From sequence record KU935715.1: a DNA stretch of 64,000 nucleotides. The stretch is one strand, 5' to 3'. Under the pieces are notes generated by a model, which had not been told where the DNA came from, did no database searches, and was given only the letters and a program-made list of their open reading frames with translations. The position numbers and the translations under genes are program-made. Below, one piece after another: positions 40,783 to 55,700 of the stretch; the stretch's first letter is position 1, and each line of letters starts with the position of its first letter. This DNA is from Acinetobacter phage vB_AbaM_ME3.

Positions 40783-43700
40783 TCAGAAATTGCTAGCATC
40801 AATATCTTCTAAAGCTGGTTTCCATTCAGTAGCTTTATTACCTCTTTCGTATTGAACTCTAGAGATATAATAAGTACCTGCTGCTGCTGCATAGAGTACA
40901 ATATTAGGATTAACTGTAGTCTTAGTTAAAGACACAGTATATCTTTTCCAAGTAGTACTTAAAGGAACTACTGAAGTTCCAGTATGACCTTCATTAGATA
41001 CATTCAAAGATATAGCAGCACTAGCCTTAGCCCAAAAGGATACTACTATAGGAATCCCAGTTTCTTTTAATAAATTATTAAGAGTTCTGTAAATACCTTG
41101 TCCAGATCCAGAAGTAACCATTCTCAAACATTTAGTAGCACCATTTGGAATAGTAGTATCTGTAAAGATATCTACAGTTGGTGTACCATTAGTTGTCCAA
41201 TCGTTTCTATTAACTTCAAAAGAAGAGTTAAATAAATAGTTTCTACTTCCAACTTCAATTGAATCAGTATAAGCATTAGCTCTTGCTACATTTGCATCTG
41301 CAATAGCTTTTAATAAAAGAGTTTTTTGATCATAATAATTCGAGAAGTTAGTCTGGAAAGTTGTTCTAACAATATCAGAAGTGGTATTTAAGTTAGTCAG
41401 TATAGGAGTAATGTACCCATTAAGAGTATCATATCTACTATTATATAAACTTGTAGAAACACCTAGAGTATCTGCTTGTTGAACAAGAGTTGGTTTTTCT
41501 TTAACAATTTCATCCCAAATAACTTTAGTATTCTTTTTCTCTACAGGAGTTAATTTATTATCAGCTGCAATGTCAGATAAGGTAGAATTAATTGAAACAA
41601 TTTTATTCTCTGTATCTGCAATAGCAGGAGACCAATCTGTAGCCTTATTACCAATTTCTAATTTAACAGCTTTTGCAAATAGTGCTGCCGCTGTACCACT
41701 AGTTGTAGACCCATTATTATCTATTCGTATATACCCAACTTGACTAGAAGCGTTCGTTTTAAACGTCCAAGTGATATATTGATAAGAAGTTGTTAAGTTT
41801 ATTTTAGTAAATTGGTAAGGTGTACTACCACCTAACCAATAAATATCCATAGTAGAGAAAGCGCCACTACATTTAAACCAACCAGAGACAGTATAAGTTG
41901 TATTAGGATTTAAAGAACCACCATCAATTAGATAGCTAGGTAAGTAAACTTCAGTCGTACCTGTAGTACTTACTGTTCTTTCATCTCCAGAAGATAATAA
42001 TAAATTAGTACCTCCAATAACAAGATCATCAACTTTTTTCTGGGCACCAGCTTGAGTCTCAAATAGATCCATATTCATTACATATGATCTATCTGTATAC
42101 ACAGTCATATCTGATTCCCATGCAATACTCCAACCACCTTGGAAGGAATCTGGAGGATTAGTATGAGTAATAGCAGCTCTGTCAACATATACAGCTGGAT
42201 AACTCCAACTACCTGTTTTTTCTATAATAATAACAACATTCTTATTTGCATCCAAAGCAAAAGAAACGTTAGTAATATTAATACCTTTAGCTGCAACTCT
42301 TTGGTTAGCAGGAAAAGGATTAGTTGTAGTATAAGCATAAAAACCTATATCAATTTGAAATTGAGCATCAGTATTAGCAGTATAATTATACCCAGTAATA
42401 GTTAAATCACACATATAAGCACTAAGCTTAATAGGTGTATGAATTACTAAAATATTAGAAGATCCACCATTTAATCGAGCAGATGCTACTTTAGTAAATA
42501 CTTTACCAATTCCACTATCTAGTCTTTCAATATTATTACTTGGTATTTTAGCTGCATACATTTCATCTACTTGACTACTTAAAGTAGTAGGTGTTGTAAA
42601 GCCACCATTACCAACTCCATTATTAACAATAATATCAATAACATGGGTACCAGCTGTTACACTAAATGAAACAGGACTAGTTGTATAGCTAGTTGCACTA
42701 AATATTAAGTTACCATCTAAATAAATAGCATGAGCATCATCACCAACAAAATTACCTAAATTAATAGTTTTTGTAGTATTTACTGTAAATATAGCTCTAT
42801 GATAGATTACTGAATTTAAATTAGTACTAGTCATCGTGCTTCCATCATTTGCATAATAGGAAGACGTTGTAGGGAACAGATTAATATAAGAATAATCAGG
42901 TACTACATTTATAGATAAATAAGGTTGAGTCTTACCAGCAACAAACACTGCCCATTGATTAGATTTAGAATAATCAAACTGATTTGGTAGCATATTACTA
43001 CCGACAGATTTATTAATATTTAAAATCTGATCATTTAACGTAGCACTAATTTCAGCAGGATTATAACCATTTTGGAAATTAGTACTAGAGCCAACAGTAA
43101 TAGCATCAGCTCTTATTTGAGAAGCTGTAATACTATTTGCAACAATTTGAGAACCATCAATTACAGTTGTAGTAGTGCCATAAAGTAACCATTCATAAAT
43201 GTGATTACCGACATTAACACTATTACCATTACCATAAAGTCTAAAGTATCTAGCTGTAACACCTGGATAGAAAGCATCTTCAGTAGAAACAGTTTGGTAT
43301 TTAACTCCAGCACCATCACCTGTAGAAGGATTGCTTGTACTCCAACCAGTATTAGTAGAATTACCTGCAAAATAATTCCAAGTCACACCATCAATAGAGT
43401 ACTTGATTTTATACCAATAATATCTTGCGTCTTGAGCATACCAATATGCAATACTTTGAGTAACTGCATAAACAGCGCCAAGATCAACTTCAATATAATC
43501 ACGTTCAGTACCACTATTTGAACTGTTTCCAGTACCAAAAGATACATAAACAGAACCAACTTTATAGTTACCATCATTAGGAACAGTTGAAGTAGATGTA
43601 CTACCATTTGAATTAATAGTATAAGTTCTACCAGCTGTTAAATTACCAGCTTTTGATGTACCACCTTCTAATACAATTTTATCTGTAGTTAACGAATTAA

Positions 43701-46700
43701 TCTGAGCAGATTTAATTGTAGCATTAGCAATAAGAACACTATCAATATAAGTACCAGCAGGAACAGGTGTTCCATTAATAGTACCTGGAGAAGTTAAAAC
43801 AATGAATGGTTTTTTATTAGATGTTGGAGAACCAATGTAGAATTGATTTGCCTCAACAGCAAAAGCTGAAGTAGGTGTTCCATTATTAGCATCTGCAATT
43901 AAACCGTAACCAGCAACCAAACCACCCGCATTAACTTTAACAGCATACTTAGCTAAAATTCCATCAGGGCCACTAATAGCTTCATTCACAACTTGAGTTT
44001 GAGCTTGAAGCTCTGTAGCACTCTTAACAAATGCAGTAGCCACTTCACCTTGCTGTAACATAACATCTGTTACAATGAAGTTAGGAGCATACCCAGTAGG
44101 TGAATAAATAATAATATTAATATGCTTTAAATCTGCAATAGTTGTAAAAGTAAAAGTAAGACGACTTGGACTAGTAGTATTAATCGCTAACGAAGTACTT
44201 AATTGACTATTAGAATTTGCAGAGTTAAGTCGATGAATAATAACATTTACATTCTTATTATTTGCATCTAAAGCTTGAGCATAAAACGAAAGAGTATACT
44301 TAGCATTAGATAATAATAATTCGTTACCAGCACTAGTTATAGTCTGAATAAGCCCTTTAAAAGCTGTAGTTGTATCAGTACTATTAACTAAACACCAAGT
44401 CTTGCCATTCGTATCTTTATAAGCTGAAATAGCTGTACCTGAATTATTTCTCCAACCGTATAAACCATTAGTAGTATTACTAAAATTACCATTAGTAATA
44501 ATATTGTCACTACCAATACTTGCAGAAAGAGTTTTAATCTCTTGAGCAATAGCTCCATCAACTCCAGCTTGAGTAAGATACTTAGAATCAATTTGAGCCA
44601 TAGTAGGCTTAGCGGCATCTAGATTCTTAATGTCTGATTTCCAAGGGGACCATCCAGTAGTACCTACCGAGAATCTAGTATGAGTATTTAAACTATCACC
44701 AGCTGTCCAAACTTGAATGATATAACCGCCACTACTGTCATTCCAAGGAATTGTAGTTTCTAATACACCATAACCTGTAATGCCACCAGGAGAACCTATA
44801 GCAGAACCAGTTTTAAATTCTTGTACTTTACGTCTAGGATAATTAGCCCAATACCAACTTGGAGGTTGGTTAACATCTCTAGTATCTGGTAGTTGTAAAG
44901 CTTGCGCAATGTTAGAAGCAGAAATAGTTTGAGCTCCAGCTGCAATAGCTGTATCTGCGTCAGCTTTAGTATAGTAATTATTCATTACAGTACCAAAAGA
45001 ACCTATCAGAACTTCATTTCTATTTGGAGCATACATTTTATCTACTAATGTACTCAATAACTTAGTAAATCTAAAACCACCAACACTGGCATTATTGTTA
45101 ACGAGCACATCAATAATATTCCAACCAGCAGTTAATGTAAATGTAGTATCTACAGTCTCCATTGCTGAACTTATACTTGATTTAATTAAAATTCCATTTA
45201 CATATAAGCCCCAAGCATCATCACCTTGCATTGGTCCAACATTGATAGTTTTTCCAACAGCTACATATACTCTAGTTCTATAAGCACCAATTTTTCCAGT
45301 TGGAAGCGAAAGAGTTCCATTACCTACCGCTGTAGATTCTGTAACGTATAGAGTTGATTCTATAGAATAAGTATTAATAATACTATAAGTAGGAGCAACT
45401 GCTACATAAGCTTCAGGTCTTACAAAGATAACACATAACCATTTATTAGCTTGAGCAAAATCAGGATTAACTGGAAGACGACCATTATAACCATCTACAG
45501 TAAAAGCAGATCTTAACTGTTCGTATCTAAATGCTTGAGCATCATCTTTAGTAGTTAAAGTATCCATCTGACTTTGATAGTCAGCTAGAGTAGACTTAAT
45601 TGCTGGAGGAACATCATCATAGTCTGTTAAATCATATGCCTCAATAGAAGCTAAATAAATTTCTAAAGGACTATCTGTTGTCGGGCTAGGAGTAGAGCCT
45701 GTTGATTTATTGAAATAAACATGACCAGTAGTACTAAACGTACCAGTTGCGCCACATTCAATTCTTCTAATATAAGTCTCATATCTTCCTGTACCTTTAT
45801 TATTCCCAATAAATACATTTCGAGAGTCATTTCCAATAGCATTAGAAGCTGGCAAAACAGTCCACCCTTCAGGAAACTTCATAATATATTTTACTAGAAA
45901 TACAGCATTAGCTCTTGAGTTAATATTTTGATAAAACCCTGCCCAACCTGGAGAACTCAATGTTGAACTTGAAATTTTCATTTCAAAACCAGATGTAGTA
46001 GGATTATCAGAACTCTTTGCTACTCTAGCAGGAACAGTTCCTGAATAACCATTTACACTATTTGTGCCTACTTTAAATGTAGGATCTGCATATAATAATT
46101 TGCCACTATTAAATGACCTAGCTAAATATCCAGCATCTGATACATCTTTAGTTAAAGTGGTTGTAGTTGATTCTAAGTTAGTTATCTTAGTAGCTTGACT
46201 ACCACTCATACCAACAGCAGTATTAATATTATCTATTGCTGTTGCTGTTGAATCTAATTGACTATCAATATCAATTGCAGCTTTAGACCAATCAGAAGGA
46301 ATATTACCTACTTCATATTGAGCTCTACTTACATAGAATGTACTTGCAGCAGAACCATAAATTCTTACTTGAGGTATACCCGCACTAATTACTTTAGTAG
46401 TGAAGAAGTATCTAGTCCATGTAGTACTTAACGTTGCTTCATATGTACTGATATCGTGATCACCAGGAAGTAATCTAACTTTAACTCCAGCTGTATCTGC
46501 TTTTAACCAAACACTAAATGTTATCTCTGTACCAGCAGGTACATTATAAGGTAACGGTCTAAGTATTCCGTGTAAAGTAGCAGTAGTTATAACTTTAAGA
46601 CATTTAGTTGCAGTGGTTGGAATAGTAGCATCATTAACTATTGTTAATGTAGGAGTACCATTTGATAACCAACCAGTTGTATTCACTTCAAAAGAGGAGT

Positions 46701-49700
46701 TAGGTATTAAGTTTGCACTACCTACTTGTAGTGTACTCTTAAAATCAGAAATCTTACCAGCAGTAGCTTGATCAGCTTGAGTCTTAGTATAATACGCATC
46801 AATAACTGTAGCATCTAATTTAGTTTGAACTTGAGCAACAGTAGCTACAGTATTATCTGTGTCATCAGCTGACAATAAGGCTCTTACATGGAAACCTTGA
46901 ACCTCACCTTTATACCCAGAAACTGTATGGTTAATAAAGAAGCCAGGAGAGAATTGAGGATAAATATCTTTTTGAGAAGTTAAATCAAAAATCATCTCAA
47001 CAAATTGCCAATTACCATCAGCAGTAACAACTCTACTTGCACTCGAATACTGAGATGTAGTTCTAATACCATTAGGTTTAATTAATAACCAGTTAAAGCC
47101 ACAACTACCACCACTACCAACTTCTCTTCTCATCCAAACAGAAAATTTATAAGCTCTATTATTAGGAAGAATAGTTCTAGAATAATTCCAACAGTTAGCT
47201 ACTGTAGTAGGTTTACTAAATACATAAGGACCTACTTTACCATCAGTAATAGTAGTAAAATAGTTTGTTAAATCATAGCCATAGTGAGATTGCCATTCAG
47301 AAACTAATTTCAAATTATAATCAGCTGTTAAAGAATCACTATCACGAACAACCTCAAGTTTAGAACTTAATTTAGTATCAATAGCTGCAATAGCTTCATT
47401 AGTACCAGTCTTCGTATAATAATTATTAAGGACAAGAGCATCTACTCTAGGACCTAAATTATCAACTAAAGATTTAGTATTCATTGCTGGATACATGTTA
47501 GTAACTTGACTTCCTAGGGAAGTAGCTACAGATACATTTTCATCTCCAGTACCTTCATTAACAAGTAAGTCAATACAATGCCAACCAGCACTTAAAGCAA
47601 AGGTAACAGCAGTACCACCAGAAGATCTAGGAACACTATCATAGACTTTAGTGTTATCTACATACATAGCAACAGAACAGTTATTAGTCATTGCACCTAA
47701 ATTGATAGTCTTAGCAGATGTAACATTTACAAATGTTCTATATGCAATAAAGACATTATCATGAGTACTTGAAACTAAACTTGTACTACTTCCAACATAA
47801 TTAGAAGTAATAACTGTATTCGCAATTAAATGTTTATATTCAGGAATTACAGTTTCAGCTTCACCACCACGTTTAGTATAAACAACTTTCAACCATTTAT
47901 TAGGTTCTTTATCATCATATTCAGTAGGTAATGTTAATTGAGGATAAACAGAACTTTCTACTGTTGTAATACGTTGATTAATAGCTGTATCTGCATTAGT
48001 TGTAGAAGTTGCTAATGTAGTAATTTTTCCATCTAAACTTCTATCAGCATCTGCAAATTCAGTACGAACATTAGTAAAGCTTTGAGCAGTTGCTAATTTA
48101 TCTGAAGCATAAGTACTTTGGAAAGTAGTTAAATCAGCTGAAGTTTTGTTAAGAACTTTAACTATAGCTGGAGTAGATTTATCAAACGAAGTAGCTCTAT
48201 TACCAAGTTGTAATTGAACTTGTTTAACTTCATACCAATCACCAGCAGCAAATGCTCCAGAAGGAACAGAAATAGCAAATAATTGATTAGTAGATCCAGT
48301 AGCACCTAAATTAGCTACAGTTAATGTTCCAGTGACAAATTGCCAATTAGGAGTAACTGTAAATAATCTATTAGCTATAGTGGCTCCATATGAATATGCA
48401 TACCAACCTAATTGTTTAGTTACATTAGATCTAACCCAGAATGAAACGGTTAATGAATCACCTATAGCAGGTTTAGCATCCGCTACTAAACAACTATGGA
48501 AATAAACTCGTGCTAACCCATTAGTCGCATTTGCACTTACAAACGTTCCTCTATAATATTCTTGATCTCTATCGATCCAAGAAATTGTAGTGTTACCCCA
48601 TTCTTGAGCTGCAACACCATTGCTTTCTAGTGACCAAAGATTTTGACCACCAATCGTCATATTCTCAAACGACGATTTTACAGTATTTAAGGTGTTAGCT
48701 TGAGTATCGAATGCAGTAGTGTTTGCAGATTGATAAGATTCAACTTTTGAATCAATAGCTCTAATTGTATTTACAAAACTAGAATCAAATGGAGTAGGTC
48801 TTGAGCCTTTCTCAATTTTAACATTTCTGATTTCATAAGTACCAACTAATCCAGCAAATCCAAAATGAATACTTGGAGTTGTATAATTAGCTGCAAAATC
48901 ACGAACATGATAAACTCTTCTCCACTTTCCAGCCTCTAGAGTTTCCCCTGTAAGAGGTGTAGTGGCAAGATAACCCATTTGAGTACCCCAGTAGACACTA
49001 GGACTACCAATAGTACCACCAGAAGTAATACGTATATCAAAAGATACACATACTTTATTTCCAGTAGTACATAACTCAAATAATCTAGGTAACTTAGTCA
49101 TATCCATAGTACCACTAACGTAGTTCGCAGCAGCATTAGTAGAGACAACTGTTAAAATAGTTTTATCTGAATTAATAGAAGATGTTAATCCTGCTTCTGC
49201 TGTTCCAGCTGCAAAGAATTTTCCTGGATCATCATAAAGATTATCACCACCTAAAATCATACTATTAAAGGAAGTTGTTAATTGACTTAAACTTTGAGCA
49301 GTTGCACTATTTGCATCTGTTGAAGTTTGTTGAGCTTGTGCAATCTTAGCATCAGTAGCTGTGACATTAGCTGCAAACATTGCATCAATGTCGTAAGGAC
49401 TCTGACTCCAATCTGTAGGCTTAACATTCAATTCTCCATCAAATAATACAGCCCAATGAACGGTAGCTGTAGTTGCAGCATCAGTTCCACTAGGAAATAG
49501 ATAGAAAGAGATATTACTACCAGCACCAGCTGATGTACGAGTAAACGTAATCATTCTGATTTGCTTGGTAGCATTAATTACTTGATTTGCAGCAACAGTC
49601 GATAAACCCTGACTGCCATTAACCCATGCTCCAACATATGAAGTTGTATCAGCACCACCTCTTAAATGAGAAGCACAGAATACTAAAGTATATTTTTCTC

Positions 49701-52700
49701 CAACAGTTAAAGCACCACCACCAATATTATAAGATCCGAAACCATAAGTAGTCCCAGCTCTAACAAGGGCGACATTAGAGGCTATTAATCTATTTTTACC
49801 ATTACTAGTTAGATTACTAAATTGAGTATTAATATTACTGAATTTAGTAGCAGTTGAAGAATCTAAATTAGTAACAACATCAGTTAAATCTTGAATCTTA
49901 CCTAAAGCGACAGTATGGTTATTAGTAGCTAATGTCTTAGCATCAGTAGCTACAGTTAAAGTAGCGGCATTTGCATCACTAGCAGCTTTACTAACAGTAT
50001 TAATCTTAGCATCAGTGGTAATAAACTGTTTACTAATTGATGTATCACTTGCCCAAGGACTTGGATTATTATTATCACCTATTCTAACTTCCAACATCAT
50101 TTGCTCTAAATAAATAATAGCACCTGATAACCCAGTAGGGTTAGAAATTAATAAAGGACAATACGTACCATCAGCCGTAATTTCTACAACTTGACTAAAA
50201 CGTTTTAACGACGTATTAAGAACATGTCTTACACGAGGAGAAGCCACTGTACCATAGATATTAAAATCAATTGGCATACTAGCTAAATTAGATTTAGCAT
50301 AGAAACTAAAGATATAAAAACCTTTAGTTAAGAATAAATTTCTAGTTGTGTAAGCTCCAGCTTCGTTAAAATAGACACCACTACCAACTGAAGTAGTCGG
50401 AGATAAGGTATATCTATTTACTGTTGGATTTTCATAACTAGGTTCAACAACAAAGGTAGTCCCTGAAGTCCAAGGAGGATTAGGAACACCAATAGGAGCA
50501 GATATACTTAAAGGTAATAAATTAACACCACCATTAGGCATAGTAGAAAACTTAGTATCAATAGTTCCAAATTTAGTTGCTGTTGAACTACTTAAATCTG
50601 ATACAGTTGAAGTTAATGTTGCAATAGATGAGTTAGATGCAGCAACATCACCTTTTAATTCAGTTCTGTAACTTTCTAAACGATCTGCTACAGCTTTAGT
50701 TGCATTTGCGGCTACAGTTTTAGCATCATTAATCTGAGCTTGAGAATTGATATAATCTTGCTTTGTATCCTGATAAGCAGGAGTCCAAACAGAACGCTTA
50801 GTTCCCAATTCAATTTGTACGTTACTAATTTTAACAATAGAAGTAAAATTATTACCATTAGCTTTAACAGTAATATTATAAGGACCAACTGTTGAAGAAG
50901 TAGAACAAATAAATGCAAAGTCAGCTACTTTGTTTACAGCATAAGGAAACCCTGCTAAACCATCTTTAACATTATCAACATACATTTCCTCTACTATAAT
51001 TCCATTATTAACTCCAATACTAACATCATTTAAAGTACCAGATTCAACTTTAACTTTAAAAGAGATAACAAATTTAGTATTAATTGGAAGAACAGTATTA
51101 ACAAAAGTATTAATAACTCCTGATGCGTTACTTGAACTCTTAAAGGAGTAAGCATACTCTTCAGGAATAGGAGTAAATAATGAAGGACTTCCAACACCTA
51201 AAGCATCTTTAAAGATCCATAAGTTAGGAGATGACATTAAGTTGTCTCTCTTAAACCCAGCCTTTAAAGTATTAATATCTGTAGATGTTGTTCCAGCTAA
51301 ATTAGTAATAGATTCTTGAAGATCAATAATTGCTCCAGATACCTCTGTATCTAAATCAGATACAGTTGTCTCTAGTGTGTTTAATCTAGAAGCTGATGAA
51401 GCAGCACTAGAAGAAGTAGCATCTAACTGAGATCCAAGACGAGCTTGTGATGCGCTAACAGGTAATAAACTATAAGGAGATAATGATTGACCTTCAGCCC
51501 ACTTAGAAGGGTTAGGATTTGTTCCATACTGTTGTTCTAACATCATACGTTCAATGAACATAGGACGACTAACTGTAGATCCAGCTGCATTTACAACAAA
51601 ACGAACAGTATATTTACCAGCAGTAGTAACATCAAAAACTTTAGAATATCTTGTAAGAGACGTAGCTAAAGTAATGGCTGTATTATCTAAAGCATTTACA
51701 ATATTACTTGCGTCTCTCATTAAATTTACAGAAATGCTTTGATTCGTAATAGACGAATATGCATAAAAACTAAGAATATATTTCCCAGGGTTTAAATCTG
51801 TAAATTCAGCTACAAAAGTGCTAGGAGAAGTGGCTAAAACAACATTAGCTGCTTGGTTAGGATCATACCTAATACCTTTTAGTCCTGTAACGATTGTACT
51901 GTCATATAAAGCAATAGTGTCTGTACTACCTGAAGGATAGAAATTACTTACATCTACAGGATTAGTAACTTTACTACTTAGTAAATTAATTCCAGAGTTA
52001 GGAACTGTAGTGAATTGAGTAGTAAGTCCAGAAATTTGATTAGCACTAGCTGTATCACCATCAGTAATTGCTTTAGTTAAATTAACAACAGTTGCGTCGA
52101 TCTTACTGTTTAATACCTTAGGCATTTCTTTATAGTCAGACCAATCAGTCGGCTTATTACCTAATTCAATCTTCCATCGACTAATGATTAAACCACCATT
52201 AATAGAGTCAGTATGAAACTGAATATTAGGTACAATATCAGTTGTTAAAGGAGTAGTTAAATTAATAACTTTATAGTATTGACACCAACCACCAGAAGAT
52301 AAATTTCCAATAACTCTATCAAAGTCTACATAATTGTAATTAGAAGCTAAGAATAATCTTGGTTTTCCTGTAGGTACTTTAGTAGTATCAACAGCTTTAG
52401 CCCAAAAACTAAATACAATAGAAATACCAGTAGTGTTTCTAAAATTATCAGTAGTAACTTTTAAATCAGTATCAGCACTCCAATAATTAGTTATATACGT
52501 ATAACCTAAAGTAGTAGCTGGATCTTGAATAGTAAGCTTTAAATACCCTTCAGGGGTAATTTCTCTTAATAACCTAGAATTACCTACAGTACCAACACGA
52601 AACTTATCTGTATAAGCTGCTAAATTAGCACTACCAATAGTAAAATTGTCAAATGTACTTTGTAATGTATTTAGTTGACTAACTGCATTACCTACAGCAG

Positions 52701-55700
52701 TTGTTCTATTAGTAGTTTCAGTAGCAATTAATCCTCTAACAGCAACATCATTATTTTCAATCGTTGTAGTAATAGATGTTAATTGAGAACCAAAAGCTTC
52801 ATCAGCATTAGCTCTAGCAGTAGCTTCATTAGTTACAGCAGCATTAACTTGATTAATAGCTTTTGTTGTTATCCAACTAGGTTTAGTATACGCTGAAGTA
52901 ACTGTTCCTTGTTGTAACTGAACATTACGAATTTCAAGTGTTTTACCAACTAAATCAGTAGCAGCTACATTGTTATCAGATGCTACATATCTAATACCTA
53001 ATAAACCATCATAAGAATCTGAAGGAGTTCCAGTATTTGTATTTATAAGATTGTTAAGTCTTACAGTAGTCCATTTATTAACTTCTACAGTTTGTAGAAA
53101 ATTAGCAATCGGATTTGCTTGTCCATAGATGTAAACAAAAACTCTAATCTTAGAGTATGCAGATTTAATTTCAAAAGAAACAGAATGTGGCTGTTCTAAA
53201 TTAATTTTAGACGGAAATTCAGTACTTTTTAAATTTCGCCATAAATTGCTAAAGATTCCACTAGATTGAGCAGTAATCGTTAATTTCTGATGTTGTAAAT
53301 CAGAAGTCATCATTTCTTTAGTAGCAGTACCGTAATCAGAACTACCTGAATTACTAAACCACCATAAATTATCTGTCCCTACTACATTACTTCCAAAAGA
53401 AGCTTGTAAAGAATTAACTTGATCAACTACAGTATCAATAGCTGTAGTTCTAGCTGTTCTCTCGTCTACAATTAAACCTTTTACTGCTACATCATTATCA
53501 TTGACTTTAGTAGTAAGAGCTTGAAATTGACTAGCAAAAGATGCCTCACTTGTTGTAATAGCTTTATTGATTTCAATAATAGAAGCTTCTAAATTACCAT
53601 TACTAGAGACCCAATCAGATGGAGCTGTACCAGTGCCTATTTGTTTTTCCACCATAATCATATCAACTAAGATATAATTATTGTCAGAGACAGCTTGATT
53701 ACCAGTATCACAATAAATTAAAAGATATCCACCTTCAGCTGGTACAGTATTAGGTACTGTAAGAACTGAAGAATATCTTACTTGGGTAGTCGTTAAAGCT
53801 ATTTCAGGACCGTTAATATACAAACCTGAGGATGCTCTAAAAGCAAATTTAAATTTAGTTCCAGCGATTCCTGCTTTAACATAAGCAGATACAATATAAC
53901 TGGTATTAGGTTTTAGTCTTAAATTATCATAAGTAGTTATAGTTTTAGCAAAAGCTAAATAACTGTTAGCTCCAGTCCCAGTCTTTTTAATCTTCCATTG
54001 TTTAGCAACAGAAGGATCTCTTAATGTACTAGGTTCTATTGTAGGAGTAACTGCATTAATTGTAATACTCTTAAGTCCTACAGGATCACTATATTCAGCA
54101 GCTAATAGGTTAACACCACTTCCACTAAAAGAACTCTGTAATAAACTTACAGACTGAGCTAAGGACTGGTCTGCATTGGATCTAGTTGTAGCCTCATTAC
54201 TAACTAAAGAAGACGTAATGCCTTTCTCTGTTTCAAAATCAGATCTTAACACTTCTAATAGTTGAGCATTACTTTCAATATCATTTGATAAAGCTTCTTT
54301 TTCAACTTGAATAATAGATCTAGTTTCAGTATCTAATGTTGTAAATTCAGTTCGAACTTGATCAATCTCTTGAGCTCTAGCCTGAGTCTCATCAGCAATA
54401 GCAGTCTGCAATGAAGAAATATTAGCATTACTGATAACTTCTCTATCTAATACATCGAAAGGAGATTCGATCCAATCAGTTGTCGCTATAGCATCTCCTC
54501 TCACTAACATCGCCCAATGTACAGTAGCTGTACCTGAAGTTGTAGCTTGAGGATAATAATAAAAATTAATTGTTGAAAAATTATTAGTTGTAGGAGTAAA
54601 AGTAGTCTTAAATACCTTCCTTACACTTCCTTTAGTAGTTGTACTAAAAGGAATAGCTACAGATGAACCTTGCCAACCTCTAATCTCAGCAGGAGCTGAA
54701 GGCTCAGAAGAAACATCATGAGTAATACATGCAATTAATGTATATTTCTCATTAATTACTATTGGCTCTCCAATAGTATATCCACCAATTAAATAAGTTC
54801 CAGCAGTACGAACTAGAGCTACATTTGACTTTTTAAGAAGGTTCTTACCAGCTGTATTTAAATTAGTAAAACTTGCATCTAATGTATTTAGTCGAGTAGT
54901 AATTGTTCCAACTTGAGAAGTTCTAATATCTCTTTCTTCAGCAATTAATCCTCTAACTTGAGTATCATTTGATGTAACAGTTGCACTAAGAGCTTCAACA
55001 GTACTAGCTGTAGCAGCACTTTGAGTTGCAGTAGCATCAGCTTTTTCAATAACACTAGCTAAATTAGTTTGCATAGTGCTTGAATCAGTTTCTAATGTAT
55101 CAACACGAGCATCCAGTGCTGTCATTGTAGAAGAATTGGCAATGCCATCTTCAATACGAGTAGTAATTTCTTCTCTTACGTTTGCAAGTGCTGCATCATT
55201 ACTTGTTTTATAATTAGTTATATTTTGAAGTAATTGATCATCACCAGAGATACGAGCAGTTGCTTCGTTAGTAATACCATTTTCTAACTCTGCAATTTTT
55301 CCTAATCTATCAATTTGTTCTAATGTAATGTCTCCAATAAGATCATTAACATTATTCATAACAGTTGTATTATTAGAATTTATTTGACTATTAACATAAT
55401 CAATCATCTCTTGAGTGACAGTTCCAGCATCAATACGGGCATTAAGGTCGTCAATCTTTTGAGATAAGATATTAATATCTTCAATAGCTAAATTATCAAT
55501 TTTAGCATTCAACTGTGTTACAGCAGTTCCTACTTTACTATCAATAGCAGCATTACGATCAATTACTTCCTGATTAAGATCAGCAATTAATTGATCAGTT
55601 TTACTTGTAATAACCCCTTCAATTCTAATAAACTCTGAATTGTAATAAGCTGCCTTAGCATCTACATCAGCTTGAACAGAGTCAATTAAAGTATTAGCAG

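Noticed and set aside
42139-51742. Short plus-strand ORFs (e.g. 42139..42405, 43201..43521, 45095..45283, 51554..51742) and minus-strand low-complexity ORFs (43161..43370, 43383..43607, 44388..44618, 50712..50918) inside the giant fibre gene
   Set aside because: They are antisense or off-frame to a 5419-codon ORF. Their translations are leucine/isoleucine-rich low-complexity peptides, as expected from AT-rich off-frame reading.
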